Source: a bacterium
Lineage (GTDB): Bacteria; Zhuqueibacterota; Zhuqueibacteria; Residuimicrobiales; Krinioviventaceae
Direction: 5' to 3'
Assembly (NCBI GenBank): GCA_963674595.2
Contig: CAXXFV010000023.1
Coordinates: forward strand, 864,001-928,000
Length of the DNA: 64,000 nucleotides
Below are positions 30,810 through 39,773 of this stretch, in pieces; position 1 is the first letter of the stretch, and each line of letters begins with the position of its first letter. The notes beneath the pieces are model-generated. The model was not told where the DNA came from, did no database searches, and saw only the letters and a list, made by a program, of their open reading frames with translations. The translations under genes and the position numbers were made by a program.

Positions 30810-31118
30810 ATGAAAAATTTCAGTGAGAGGCTGGGTTATAAGGGGCACCGGCCATGTTTTTTCTACAAATACGCGATGGTAATGGCAGTGTGCAGCGGAT
30901 TCGGGACAAAACCTGCTAATCAATATATGAGAGATATATTTACATCATTTGGCTTTAATGTATCTGATGTGTATAGAGACAAATACAGAGCAGACTATCA
31001 GTATTATAAGGACAAGACTGAACACCCCTATACCGGAAGCATTAATCCCTTTAAAAAATTCGCGGCAAAACGCGCGGTTGAAAAATTCTCAAAGGAAATC
31101 AGCGAAAACAGATTATGA
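30810..31118 (+). pseudogene. Truncated flavodoxin/FMN-reductase-like remnant
   Basis: Begins at MKNFSERLGYKGHRP, which resembles an internal flavodoxin-family motif; N-terminal half absent. Confidence 0.45.
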
Positions 31119-32446
31119 ATAACAATTCCCCTTACAGGTTCCTTCTCATTTCAGTTATCGGCCTGATGCTGATTTCCGGTTTTTCCATCGGGCAAGACCG
31201 GGACATTAACTCTCCCCGAAAAACAGTTATTTATCGTGTTGCGGAATATCCGGATAATCCGGAATTGTTAAAAGCCAGTCTTACGCTCCCGGCGCCGACC
31301 AAAGACGAGAATACTGTTCTCTCTCTCAGGGGAACGCAGCTGAATATCAAACCGCAGGTAATCAATGTCAGATGCAGAGACAACGCCCTCTCCCTGAATG
31401 AGAAAGGCCAATGGATCCTCCCAGAAGGCTGCAGGGAAATCACCTGGCAGATTGAATTAGCGGCGGTTGAACCTTTCAGCATTGAAATAGCCAGGCAGCA
31501 GAGTGTCCTGGTTAAATCGGATCCTTCCTGGATTCTACTAAGCGAATTCTCATTCCTTCCCAGGCTTGAATCAGGCGATTATTCCGCGGTAATCGAGTTC
31601 AGCCGGGATCTTGAAAAAAAGTTGGTTTCCTTCCTGGATAGAGACCGGAAAAACAGGAGAATTATATCTGGAGGCAACGGACCGATTTTTCTTGTTTTCG
31701 GACTGGAAACTGTAACCCACGACTCACCCTCAGGCATCACACTCAGCTACCTGGCAGATGACAAGGAGTCTGGCCGGGAAATTAACAGCTTTTATCCCAG
31801 CCATTTACAATCAATCAAATATATCCATTCTCTCTTCAGTTACCCCGAAGACCGGGAGTTCAATTTCAATGTCATATGGCTGGGTCTCAACCGGGAAGGA
31901 GGCCTGGGCGGAGCCGCGGGTAACCGCTCCTTCCTTATCAACTATCCTCGCGAAAACGGCAGGCTGCTCAAAGACAAATTCATCTGGGCCATGATGACAG
32001 CTTTTCATGAGCAGTTCCATGTGCTGTATTATGGGACAGGCGCATCCCAGCCGACCTGGGCCAATGAGAGCCTGGCCCAGTATTACGCGCTTAAATCACT
32101 CGGGAAGGCAGGCTTTCCTACCAGTATCACCAGGCCCGTGCGGGAGCGTTTCCTAAATCCGGAAAGAAAAATCAAAACAGGGCTGGCGGAAGCCAACCGA
32201 CGCTTCGAATCTGACAATGACTTTTCAGTCTACCACCTCTTTTATGACCAGGGCTCCACATTCTGGTTTCAACTGGATAACCTGATCAGTAAAAGCACTT
32301 CCGGGGAAAAGGACCTGGATGATTTCATCGGACTCTTTTCAAAAATGGTCTTTCCGGAAGATGGGACGCTGCCGGCGGAGTTCCTGGAACTCCTGGAATC
32401 GAACGGGGTGGAGAACATTCATAACCTGTGTGAAAAATATCTGTAA
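31115..32446 (+). CDS. Secreted gluzincin metallopeptidase (M1/M61-like)
   Basis: Signal peptide; HEQFH followed by WANESLAQYY; FYDQG. Confidence 0.75.
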   Translation: MNNNSPYRFLLISVIGLMLISGFSIGQDRDINSPRKTVIYRVAEYPDNPELLKASLTLPAPTKDENTVLSLRGTQLNIKPQVINVRCRDNALSLNEKGQWILPEGCREITWQIELAAVEPFSIEIARQQSVLVKSDPSWILLSEFSFLPRLESGDYSAVIEFSRDLEKKLVSFLDRDRKNRRIISGGNGPIFLVFGLETVTHDSPSGITLSYLADDKESGREINSFYPSHLQSIKYIHSLFSYPEDREFNFNVIWLGLNREGGLGGAAGNRSFLINYPRENGRLLKDKFIWAMMTAFHEQFHVLYYGTGASQPTWANESLAQYYALKSLGKAGFPTSITRPVRERFLNPERKIKTGLAEANRRFESDNDFSVYHLFYDQGSTFWFQLDNLISKSTSGEKDLDDFIGLFSKMVFPEDGTLPAEFLELLESNGVENIHNLCEKYL

Positions 32447-32488
32447 ATCTGAATTCCGGATTTCACCGAACAGAACCTCGACAGCCTG

Positions 32489-32860
32489 TTATAGATGGGA
32501 CAGCATCACTTTGAAGGCCACTGAGAAGACCACGGACCAGGTGACGTTAACCATTGTTCCGGCAAGATAATAGAAGGAATTCCGCTCCATATCCTCTTTC
32601 CGCACAATGGCCTTGGCCGCAAAAACAATGGCCAGGGCCGTGTAGGCCTCCAGGAGAATAAATGTCAAAATCAGAATGTTTTCACTCTTTCCTATTATCC
32701 GGCCGGTTCTGATGATCTTTTCTTTGTCCGATCCCTGACTGGAGTCTGCCTCTTCACCTTCTTTATCAAAAGGCACGAACCTTTTCACAACTGTCCCACT
32801 GGTAATGAGAAGCAGTAGATAACCAAGGAAAACTACGGCAGTTTCTTCCCAGAATGACAT
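32489..32860 (-). CDS. Small membrane protein, SatD-associated (DUF3307/SatE-like)
   Basis: GRIIGKSE..L, AAKAIVR, YYLAGT motifs; directly downstream of satD. Confidence 0.7.
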   Translation of the reverse strand: MSFWEETAVVFLGYLLLLITSGTVVKRFVPFDKEGEEADSSQGSDKEKIIRTGRIIGKSENILILTFILLEAYTALAIVFAAKAIVRKEDMERNSFYYLAGTMVNVTWSVVFSVAFKVMLSHL

Positions 32861-32872
32861 TTAAAATCCCTT

Positions 32873-33532
32873 CTAAACCGTGAACCCACCAGAAACAATA
32901 TTAAAAAAAGCGTTAAGCCTTTTTTCAGCTTCGTTCACACTATGCCACTGCCCACTCTTCAGGGCAAGCGAAACAGCCTGCTGGGAGATGCCCAGGCATT
33001 CAGAAATCTCCCTCTGTTTATATCCCTGCCTGTACTTTTTAATGATTCTCAATTGATGAAGGGACCATTCGTTTTTCCTGGCAATGAGTAAATTCAAGTA
33101 TCCTTCCAGCAACAGGTCTCGCCCATCTTTGAAAACTGAAACATTAACCGCCAGGTTCCTGCTTTTTTTCAAGGCAGCCATCTGGACTGCCGCGTTGTGA
33201 AACGCGGGACCGTCCATCAGTGATACATCCCCTTTATCCAGAGCCGTATCAATAATCCCCGAGGCAACAGCGAAACGAATTCGTACAGGTAGAAGCCCCT
33301 CTACTATCCCTGACAAAACCTGGTAAAAATTGGAATGGGGACTAAGTACAATCCCAATTTCGTCCTTTCCCTTTAATATCTTCATCCCCGCGAAAATTGA
33401 ATCCCGGTACCGGGTGTTAATCTCATCGCACAAATTCATCATTCGATCGTGGAATTCGGCCGGAGATGTAATTCTCCTGGAATCTATAACATCACCAATT
33501 ATTACTGTCCAGGAATCATTAGCCGTGATCAT
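32873..33532 (-). CDS. SatD family protein with C-terminal HTH
   Basis: IIGDVIDSR, GKDE, MDGPAF, QREISECLGISQQAVS. Confidence 0.88.
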   Translation of the reverse strand: MITANDSWTVIIGDVIDSRRITSPAEFHDRMMNLCDEINTRYRDSIFAGMKILKGKDEIGIVLSPHSNFYQVLSGIVEGLLPVRIRFAVASGIIDTALDKGDVSLMDGPAFHNAAVQMAALKKSRNLAVNVSVFKDGRDLLLEGYLNLLIARKNEWSLHQLRIIKKYRQGYKQREISECLGISQQAVSLALKSGQWHSVNEAEKRLNAFFNIVSGGFTV

Positions 33533-33560
33533 GACCCAGCCCCCTAAGACCTCAGAAAAT

Positions 33561-33607
33561 ACAAACCTAAATTATTGTTTATTCATAAAACAATATAATA
33601 ACATTGT
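33561..33607. promoter_or_regulatory. Two ACAA-N10-TTGT palindromes upstream of satD; candidate operator
   Basis: ACAAacctaaattaTTGT (33561-33578) and ACAAtataataacaTTGT (33590-33607). Confidence 0.55.
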
Positions 33608-33703
33608 TAATTTAAAAATCCAATATTTTTCTCCAAGGCCGGAATCAATGCCGACTGCTTCGCGGGCCTATCCCGTAAACAAACCGAAGAGCGGGATTAC
33701 GGT

Positions 33704-34567
33704 TCAGATAAAAAAACTTTCCAGCTTCTTTTCAAACTCTTCAGGGCCTTCACAAAAAAAGCCATTCAACCGGGGATGTAAGGTCATCAGGTTCTGTCCC
33801 CGCAGCCGATTCACATGATCGCCCAGTGCCGATAAATCTTTTTTACTGAAATTATATTCCGGCAGGCGCAGTTCCTCCATGAATACAGATAAATCATGAT
33901 CGTTCCCCAACTGGTCATTGATCAAATCAAGCTGTTCGCTGTTTGTTTTAAAACATCCGGGATGCAAAAGCCACAGGAAATCAAGCTGGTAGTACAGGCG
34001 TTTCATAAGTTTTCGAAGCGAGTGTAACTTCTCCGCCTGCTTATCTGCCGGTAATTCCAGGAAGCGCGTATGGCTCTCCAGGTAATTACAGCCTATTTCG
34101 TGGATAATCATATCCAATGTAACTTCACAGGCACCGGCATCAATTAATCCAGACTTCATTCCTGAAAAGCATTTACTGACAGATCCGTAAAGCTTTTCCG
34201 CATCAAAACTGCCGCTAATCAAACCCAGGTTCTTATGCCTCAGTTTTTTCCCGGTGCTCTTCATTTGTTTTTCAGAAACAAGCCCGCTTCCAGCCAGGTA
34301 ATCTTCAAAAAGACCTACATTGACATATGACTCGCGCAGGGGAGAAAGTATTCGGCCGAACCGCTTGATATTCTTCCTGGCCTTGCCCTTTATTTTCCCG
34401 GCAATTTGCGGATAAAAACGAAGCAGCGCCCGTAAACGTTTGAATGACTTGCGAAGTTCATGCACTGCCAGGTCTGGAGAAATACTTTCAGCGGTGCAAT
34501 AGTATTCAACTTTTCCCAGCTGTCGAACAATTGCATCGGCTAATTTTGCACCAGCATCATATTCCAT
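33704..34567 (-). CDS. CHAD domain protein (polyphosphate-binding)
   Basis: VHELRKSFKRLRALL, LHSLRKLMKRLYY, LGNDHDL. Confidence 0.9.
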   Translation of the reverse strand: MEYDAGAKLADAIVRQLGKVEYYCTAESISPDLAVHELRKSFKRLRALLRFYPQIAGKIKGKARKNIKRFGRILSPLRESYVNVGLFEDYLAGSGLVSEKQMKSTGKKLRHKNLGLISGSFDAEKLYGSVSKCFSGMKSGLIDAGACEVTLDMIIHEIGCNYLESHTRFLELPADKQAEKLHSLRKLMKRLYYQLDFLWLLHPGCFKTNSEQLDLINDQLGNDHDLSVFMEELRLPEYNFSKKDLSALGDHVNRLRGQNLMTLHPRLNGFFCEGPEEFEKKLESFFI

Positions 34568-34822
34568 ATTAATAATCCCGGCAGTAAAATCTCCTTTGCC
34601 CGGCTTACTCCAGGCTCACAGCGATTTAAGAAGGCATCTCCTGGAGGACAGTTGATCTATCAGCTCATTCAGCCGCAGGCAAAACTTGTCCGTCCTTTCA
34701 GGTACTGTACCAAAATGAATCAGCCAAATGGCAGAGTTCAGTTTATGCTTTCTTCCTCAAATTGCATAAGTCCTGAATACAATCTCTCCACTGTGTGAAT
34801 TATGAACCGAAAAAGTTGACAG

Positions 34823-34990
34823 TTATTCCCCTTTCGACGAGAGATACACCACCACCTTGATCGAATCCGGAAGATATCCCGGCTGCTTGATCCTGATCAC
34901 TTCCACCGCATTCAGAGATGAAGCCAGCAAACCAAAAACCAGGGGAAACAGAAATTTTTCACTAAGCATAAGTGTACTTTTCCTGTTCAT
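34823..34990 (-). pseudogene. Truncated N-terminus resembling the GH9 Ig-like domain
   Basis: Signal peptide + IRIKQPGYLPDSIKVVV, then stop after 55 aa. Confidence 0.5.
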
Positions 34991-35009
34991 CCTCCCCGAC
35001 TCAGGATCA

Positions 35010-36530
35010 CTATTCAATCCCGGTAAGGGCTTCAAATTCAACTTTTATTTCTTCCAGCTTCTCCGGCATTTCTTCGGCCAGATTATTCTGCTGTCCCGGA
35101 TCAGCATTGATATCGTAGAGCTGGTATTCCGGATACAGCCCTGTCTCGATATTCACATTAGTATTAACCGGATTGCCTTCATAGGGGGGAATCATCATGT
35201 AATCTCCGGAGCGGAAAGCAATTCTCCGGCTGGCTTCAAGCACCAGGCTGTCCCGCCCTTTTTCAGATTTCCCCAGGAAGGCATCCAGAATATCCTGGCT
35301 GTCAGGCCCTGTATTTTCAATCCCCAGATAAGCCGCCAGGGAAGCCATCAAATCGATCTGGCAAACCAGGGCGTCTGAAATCCCGGGTTCAATCTGTCCG
35401 GGCCACCAGGTTACAAAAGGTACGTTAGTGCCGGCGTTAAAGAGGCTGTACTTTCCTCCCCTGTAGGGACCTGATGGAGTATGGTCGCCTACTTTCTCGA
35501 CAGCGTCATCATAGTATCCGTCATTCAGGACAGGCCCGTTATCGCTTGAGAAAACAACAAGCGTGTTTTCATCCAGGTTCAGTTCTTTCAGCTTGGCCAT
35601 AACCTGTCCGACACACCAGTCCGCTTCGGCTATGGCGTCACCACGCGGGCCCATACCGGTAGTGCCCGCAAACCTGGGATGGGGAGTTCGGGGCACATGG
35701 GGCTGCTGCAAGGCATAATAAAGGAAGAAGGTTTCATCCTTGTTTTCTTCAATATATTTCAGGGCCCGGTTCAGGAAATTATCAGCCATATCCTCATCAA
35801 TCCACATGGCTGATTTGCCGCCCTTCTGGTATCCGATCCGGGGAATGCCGTTCCACACGCTGTGGTTGTGGCCGTGATGCCAGCGCAACTTCAACATTTC
35901 CGGATTATCTTTCCCCGTGGGTTCCCCCTCAAAATTTTCCTTATAGCTGACAAAAAGAGGGTCATCAAGAGCCAGATTAGCCACTCTATGGTTCTCAACA
36001 TAAACGGTGGGCACCCGGTCATTGGTGGCCGCCATTACATAGGAATATTCAAATCCCACAGCATTGGGGGTCAGCTCAATCGGCTTGTTCCAGTCCACCT
36101 GGCCATCTCCAATCCCCAGGTGCCATTTCCCTATAACCGCGGTTTTGTATCCATTTTCCGCCAGCATCTTCGGCAGTGTCGGCTGCTGGGGATCGATCAG
36201 CAGCGGCGCGTCTCCCGCCAGGATCGCGGCTCTCTGGTTGCGCCAGGGATATTGTCCTGTCAGCATCGCGTAACGACTGGGTGTGCAGGTCGCGGAAGTA
36301 CAGTACCCACTTGTAAACCTCAGGCCTTCTGCGGCCAGATGGTCTATGTTGGGAGTCTGCAAAGTACCTGTGCCATAGGCGCTCACATCACCGTATCCCA
36401 GGTCATCCATGTAAATAATCACCAGGTTGGGATTTGCCGGGACTGCCGGAGCCGCAGGTCCCGAACATCCAGCCAATAACAGGGCAAACAATAATAGAAT
36501 AGTGCAGCTGAGGATATGATTTCTTTTCAT
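35010..36530 (-). CDS. Arylsulfatase (Cys-type formylglycine), lipoprotein
   Basis: LAGC lipobox, DDLGYGD, CTPSR, GKWHLG, SSDNG. Confidence 0.95.
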   Translation of the reverse strand: MKRNHILSCTILLLFALLLAGCSGPAAPAVPANPNLVIIYMDDLGYGDVSAYGTGTLQTPNIDHLAAEGLRFTSGYCTSATCTPSRYAMLTGQYPWRNQRAAILAGDAPLLIDPQQPTLPKMLAENGYKTAVIGKWHLGIGDGQVDWNKPIELTPNAVGFEYSYVMAATNDRVPTVYVENHRVANLALDDPLFVSYKENFEGEPTGKDNPEMLKLRWHHGHNHSVWNGIPRIGYQKGGKSAMWIDEDMADNFLNRALKYIEENKDETFFLYYALQQPHVPRTPHPRFAGTTGMGPRGDAIAEADWCVGQVMAKLKELNLDENTLVVFSSDNGPVLNDGYYDDAVEKVGDHTPSGPYRGGKYSLFNAGTNVPFVTWWPGQIEPGISDALVCQIDLMASLAAYLGIENTGPDSQDILDAFLGKSEKGRDSLVLEASRRIAFRSGDYMMIPPYEGNPVNTNVNIETGLYPEYQLYDINADPGQQNNLAEEMPEKLEEIKVEFEALTGIE

Positions 36531-36787
36531 ACCCTAATAGTAATAGCAGTTGCCTATCCCGGCAAGGGTTGTATGAAACCGGATCAGGCCGGATTGACGT
36601 AATACTGTAGATTATGCGCGATCGGTGATGGGTGAAGGAATGGGTTAAATACGAGTCCAGCCGTCGAATTGTGCGAATCATGCAGGAAAGAAACTTTGGG
36701 AAGTGAAAAAGTCGGGACCAGGGATATTTACGCGCCCAGGGGCCGATTTTGACTATCTTCATCATTTGGATTTCGGACCCGGCGTAT

Positions 36788-37462
36788 AACGCCGGAGGCG
36801 TGTCCGCTAATAGCCCCAGTTGACGACGAACCGAAGGTTCGGAGGAGCCTGGGGTATGGAGATACCTCCCAACCTTTTCCAGCTCTGGAAGAGCGACATA
36901 ATTCTCCGAAATATCGTTATTTCCTCACCTCATACGTTGTTGAGTAAGAGGGGATCAATGACTCAGTCTTTTACGCAGAATCTACAACACGTAATTTTCA
37001 GTACAAAATCCAGAGATAACTGGATCGATACATCATGGGAGAAAGACCTTTATTCCTATATTGGAGGCATCTTGAAAAGGATCGACTGTAAATTACTTAC
37101 TGCCGGAGGTATACCTGATCATATCCATTTATTGACATCAATTAGCAAAAACCTGACTATCCCTGAAGTTGTCAGGAAAATTAAATCATCGTCAACAAAC
37201 TGGGTGAGGAAAAATATCCGGAATAAAAGAGGCTTCGCCTGGCAGAATGGTTATGCGGCATTTTCGGTTAGCAATTCAAAGGTCGATCAGGCGCAAAACT
37301 ACATCACGAATCAGCGCTATCATCACAAAAAGATAAATTTTGAGGAAGAATTAAAACAATTTCTCGATAAACACAGAATTCCATATGATGAGAGATACTT
37401 GAAGGGCTGATATTGCTGGCTCTTCTGCCGCCCTTCCAGGGCTTGGGTTGTGTTGTTATGAA
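36788..37462 (+). mobile_element. IS200/IS605-like (RAYT-type) element, copy 1; right end truncated
   Basis: Left end AACGCCGGAGGCGTG...AGCCCCAG...CCTGGGG; near-identical inverted copy at 54451-55125. Confidence 0.8.
36958..37410 (+). CDS. tnpA: IS200/IS605 family Y1 HUH transposase
   Basis: HVIFSTK, DHIH (HUH), AWQNGY, YITNQ..HH. Confidence 0.92.
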   Translation: MTQSFTQNLQHVIFSTKSRDNWIDTSWEKDLYSYIGGILKRIDCKLLTAGGIPDHIHLLTSISKNLTIPEVVRKIKSSSTNWVRKNIRNKRGFAWQNGYAAFSVSNSKVDQAQNYITNQRYHHKKINFEEELKQFLDKHRIPYDERYLKG

Positions 37463-37579
37463 ATGCGAGATCATAAAAGGAACTGTGGCAATTTATCACC
37501 ACGCCGAACATCTCACATTTTGTATCTCACTCCTTACTCATCACTCCTCACTTCTGAATTCATAACGATTGAACCGGAG

Positions 37580-38359
37580 TCAGGCCTTCACTGCCACGGA
37601 TATCATGCGGTTATTCATGAATCCATAATCACCCTTCAAATGGTGAGCAGAAAAATTCTTGAGGATGCTGATATCCGCAAATTCCGACCGAGAAACCAGA
37701 TCTCGAAGGCTGTTCTCATCGTAGAGCCTTATTGAATAGCTTTCGTCCCGCACCAGGCCTTTTCCTTTGCTCATTACCATTTCCCTGGTGTTGAGAGAAT
37801 CCTCCTTCATTTCCCGCTGCCGGCAGACTACGATATCATCACCGGTTTCATGCCAGGATGTGGGACTGAAAGTATCCCTTACGAAGTCCCCGTCAGCGAC
37901 GTCTATAAGCAGCCTTCCGCCCGGAACAAGTACCCGCCTGGCCTCATTGACGATCAAGCTGTCTGCTTCAGCATCGCTGATATATCCCAGCGAGTTCCCC
38001 AGAATACAGACAACATCAAAACTCTCTTCCGGCAAGCCGGTATCCCGGGCGTCGCCCTGGATCACCCTGATCCTGATGTCGTTTTTCTTCGCCCTGCCGC
38101 GGGCCTTTTCAACCAGGGTATGGGAATAGTCAAAAAGGGTACAGTTCTCAAATCCCCGGGAACAAAATTCAAATGTATGCCGGCCCTGCCCCCCGCACAG
38201 GTCAAGAATTCGGTGCTGGGAATTCAACGACAGCAATTCGCAGATCAAATCCACTTCCCGCCTGGTAATACTTTCATCACCGACTGAGCGGGAATCGGTT
38301 ATTAGATAAATATCGTCAAACAGGGTTTTCCACCAGTCTTTTTTGACGTCAATACTCAT
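37580..38359 (-). CDS. Class I SAM-dependent methyltransferase
   Basis: ILDLCGGQGRH, GDAR, LVPGGRL; ATG directly follows the upstream stop. Confidence 0.9.
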   Translation of the reverse strand: MSIDVKKDWWKTLFDDIYLITDSRSVGDESITRREVDLICELLSLNSQHRILDLCGGQGRHTFEFCSRGFENCTLFDYSHTLVEKARGRAKKNDIRIRVIQGDARDTGLPEESFDVVCILGNSLGYISDAEADSLIVNEARRVLVPGGRLLIDVADGDFVRDTFSPTSWHETGDDIVVCRQREMKEDSLNTREMVMSKGKGLVRDESYSIRLYDENSLRDLVSRSEFADISILKNFSAHHLKGDYGFMNNRMISVAVKA

Positions 38360-38360
38360 A

Positions 38361-39773
38361 TCAAACCAGCTCCGATCCAAACCCGAACAAACCATCAGAG
38401 GCAATAATGGCATGGGAGCCCCCCCAGGGATTCATTCTGGCGATTTCCAGTTCCTCTTCTTCGATCCGGACAACAGCATCCAGTTCACCTGAAAGCCACA
38501 TTCGTTCCAGGGTCAGGCAGTCAGACCACATTTTCCCGCAGTATTTCTCAAGGGCTTTAATCTGTTTCAAGGTTATAAGCCTGGGCCTCAGGGCCAGCCG
38601 GATAGGCCCCAGCAGATAGGTAAATTCATGCTCCAGGGCCATTGCCTCCTGGAGCCTGACCGCATCGGTGATTTCATCAATGCCAGCTGACATGATCACA
38701 TCATTAATCCTTTTTGCTGCTTCACCTACGGGCATGTCAGATTCCAGTACGGCCAGGGGTTGAACTCCTCCTCCGCTGCCTACATTGGTTGGGACTCCCC
38801 CGAAGCGTCCCATAAAACCGAACAGTCCGTCCGGCCCGGTAAGGCACCGGAAATCAGTCTGCACCTTTTCGATCAGCAGCCCCTTCTCATTCAGTGCGGG
38901 GATCTCCTCGGCCCACAAATCAAGAGGAACCTTTTCCTGGACAATGTAATCTTCACTCCCCAGGGCCAGTCCCACCGCCTCGTCCGCGCTGGTATTCACG
39001 CCCCCTACCCGGACTCCACGACCGGAATATCCTCTCTCCGGCTTCAATACCAGCCTGTCCCAATTGGACCTGGTCCATTCAACCAGGTCATCAATGGTAT
39101 CGCCTGAAGGACTTTCAGTGCGCCGAGGATAAAACTGCCTGGTCCAGGGAGTCCGCTCAACAATTTCTTTATGAAAATTCTGCCGATGGCTGCCGGTGAT
39201 AATTTCATACATGCTTTTTACATTTATCGGCTCTGTTCCCCGGGGATTTATAATCCGGCCCTCTTTTACTGCCTGCAGGACCGGCTCAAGCCCATGTTTT
39301 CGGTGCAGAGATATCAGCACATCAGTGTTGAAATCCATAAAAATCGTTGAGACAGGATTCCCTTGCCAGCATACTTTTCCCCTGGATATTTCCAGTTCCT
39401 GCGGAGCCATAAGCCTGCCCGAAATCCCCTCTATCGAGTCAAGATGCCTGGCCAGGTTTTTATTCTCCGTCACATCTTCCAGAGTTTCTTCCTCAGCGAT
39501 AACAACAATCAGTCCAGGATTGGAACCCTCGCGGCCGCGGTGGGCGTCTACAAGCATTTCAACAAAGCCGTTGACCGGGAAAAGCCTGGGGTGGTTAAAA
39601 TCAAGATTGATCCCTGATGGGCAGCACTTCTCAATTCTCTCCCACACAGCTTTCCCAATTATCTGGGTTATTCTCTGGTAATCCCAGCCTCCCGGGCTTC
39701 CCAAATTCCATTCAGAGTGATATCCGTTGAATTCTTTCAATTTAACAAGTACCTTATTTGTCAGTTTTCTCAA
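38361..39773 (-). CDS. ATP-grasp amidoligase of the circularly permuted/glutathionylspermidine-synthase-like type with rearranged termini
   Basis: EWNLGSPGG near N-terminus, PWTR, LVLKPERGYSGRGV, YIVQE, TNVGSGGG, C-terminal LRP...IIASDGLF. Confidence 0.7.
   Translation of the reverse strand: MRKLTNKVLVKLKEFNGYHSEWNLGSPGGWDYQRITQIIGKAVWERIEKCCPSGINLDFNHPRLFPVNGFVEMLVDAHRGREGSNPGLIVVIAEEETLEDVTENKNLARHLDSIEGISGRLMAPQELEISRGKVCWQGNPVSTIFMDFNTDVLISLHRKHGLEPVLQAVKEGRIINPRGTEPINVKSMYEIITGSHRQNFHKEIVERTPWTRQFYPRRTESPSGDTIDDLVEWTRSNWDRLVLKPERGYSGRGVRVGGVNTSADEAVGLALGSEDYIVQEKVPLDLWAEEIPALNEKGLLIEKVQTDFRCLTGPDGLFGFMGRFGGVPTNVGSGGGVQPLAVLESDMPVGEAAKRINDVIMSAGIDEITDAVRLQEAMALEHEFTYLLGPIRLALRPRLITLKQIKALEKYCGKMWSDCLTLERMWLSGELDAVVRIEEEELEIARMNPWGGSHAIIASDGLFGFGSELV

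Noticed and set aside
36820-36957. N-terminal extension of the transposase given in the ORF track
   Set aside because: It overlaps the palindromic end; the ATG at 36958 with a GAGGGG RBS matches the expected family start.
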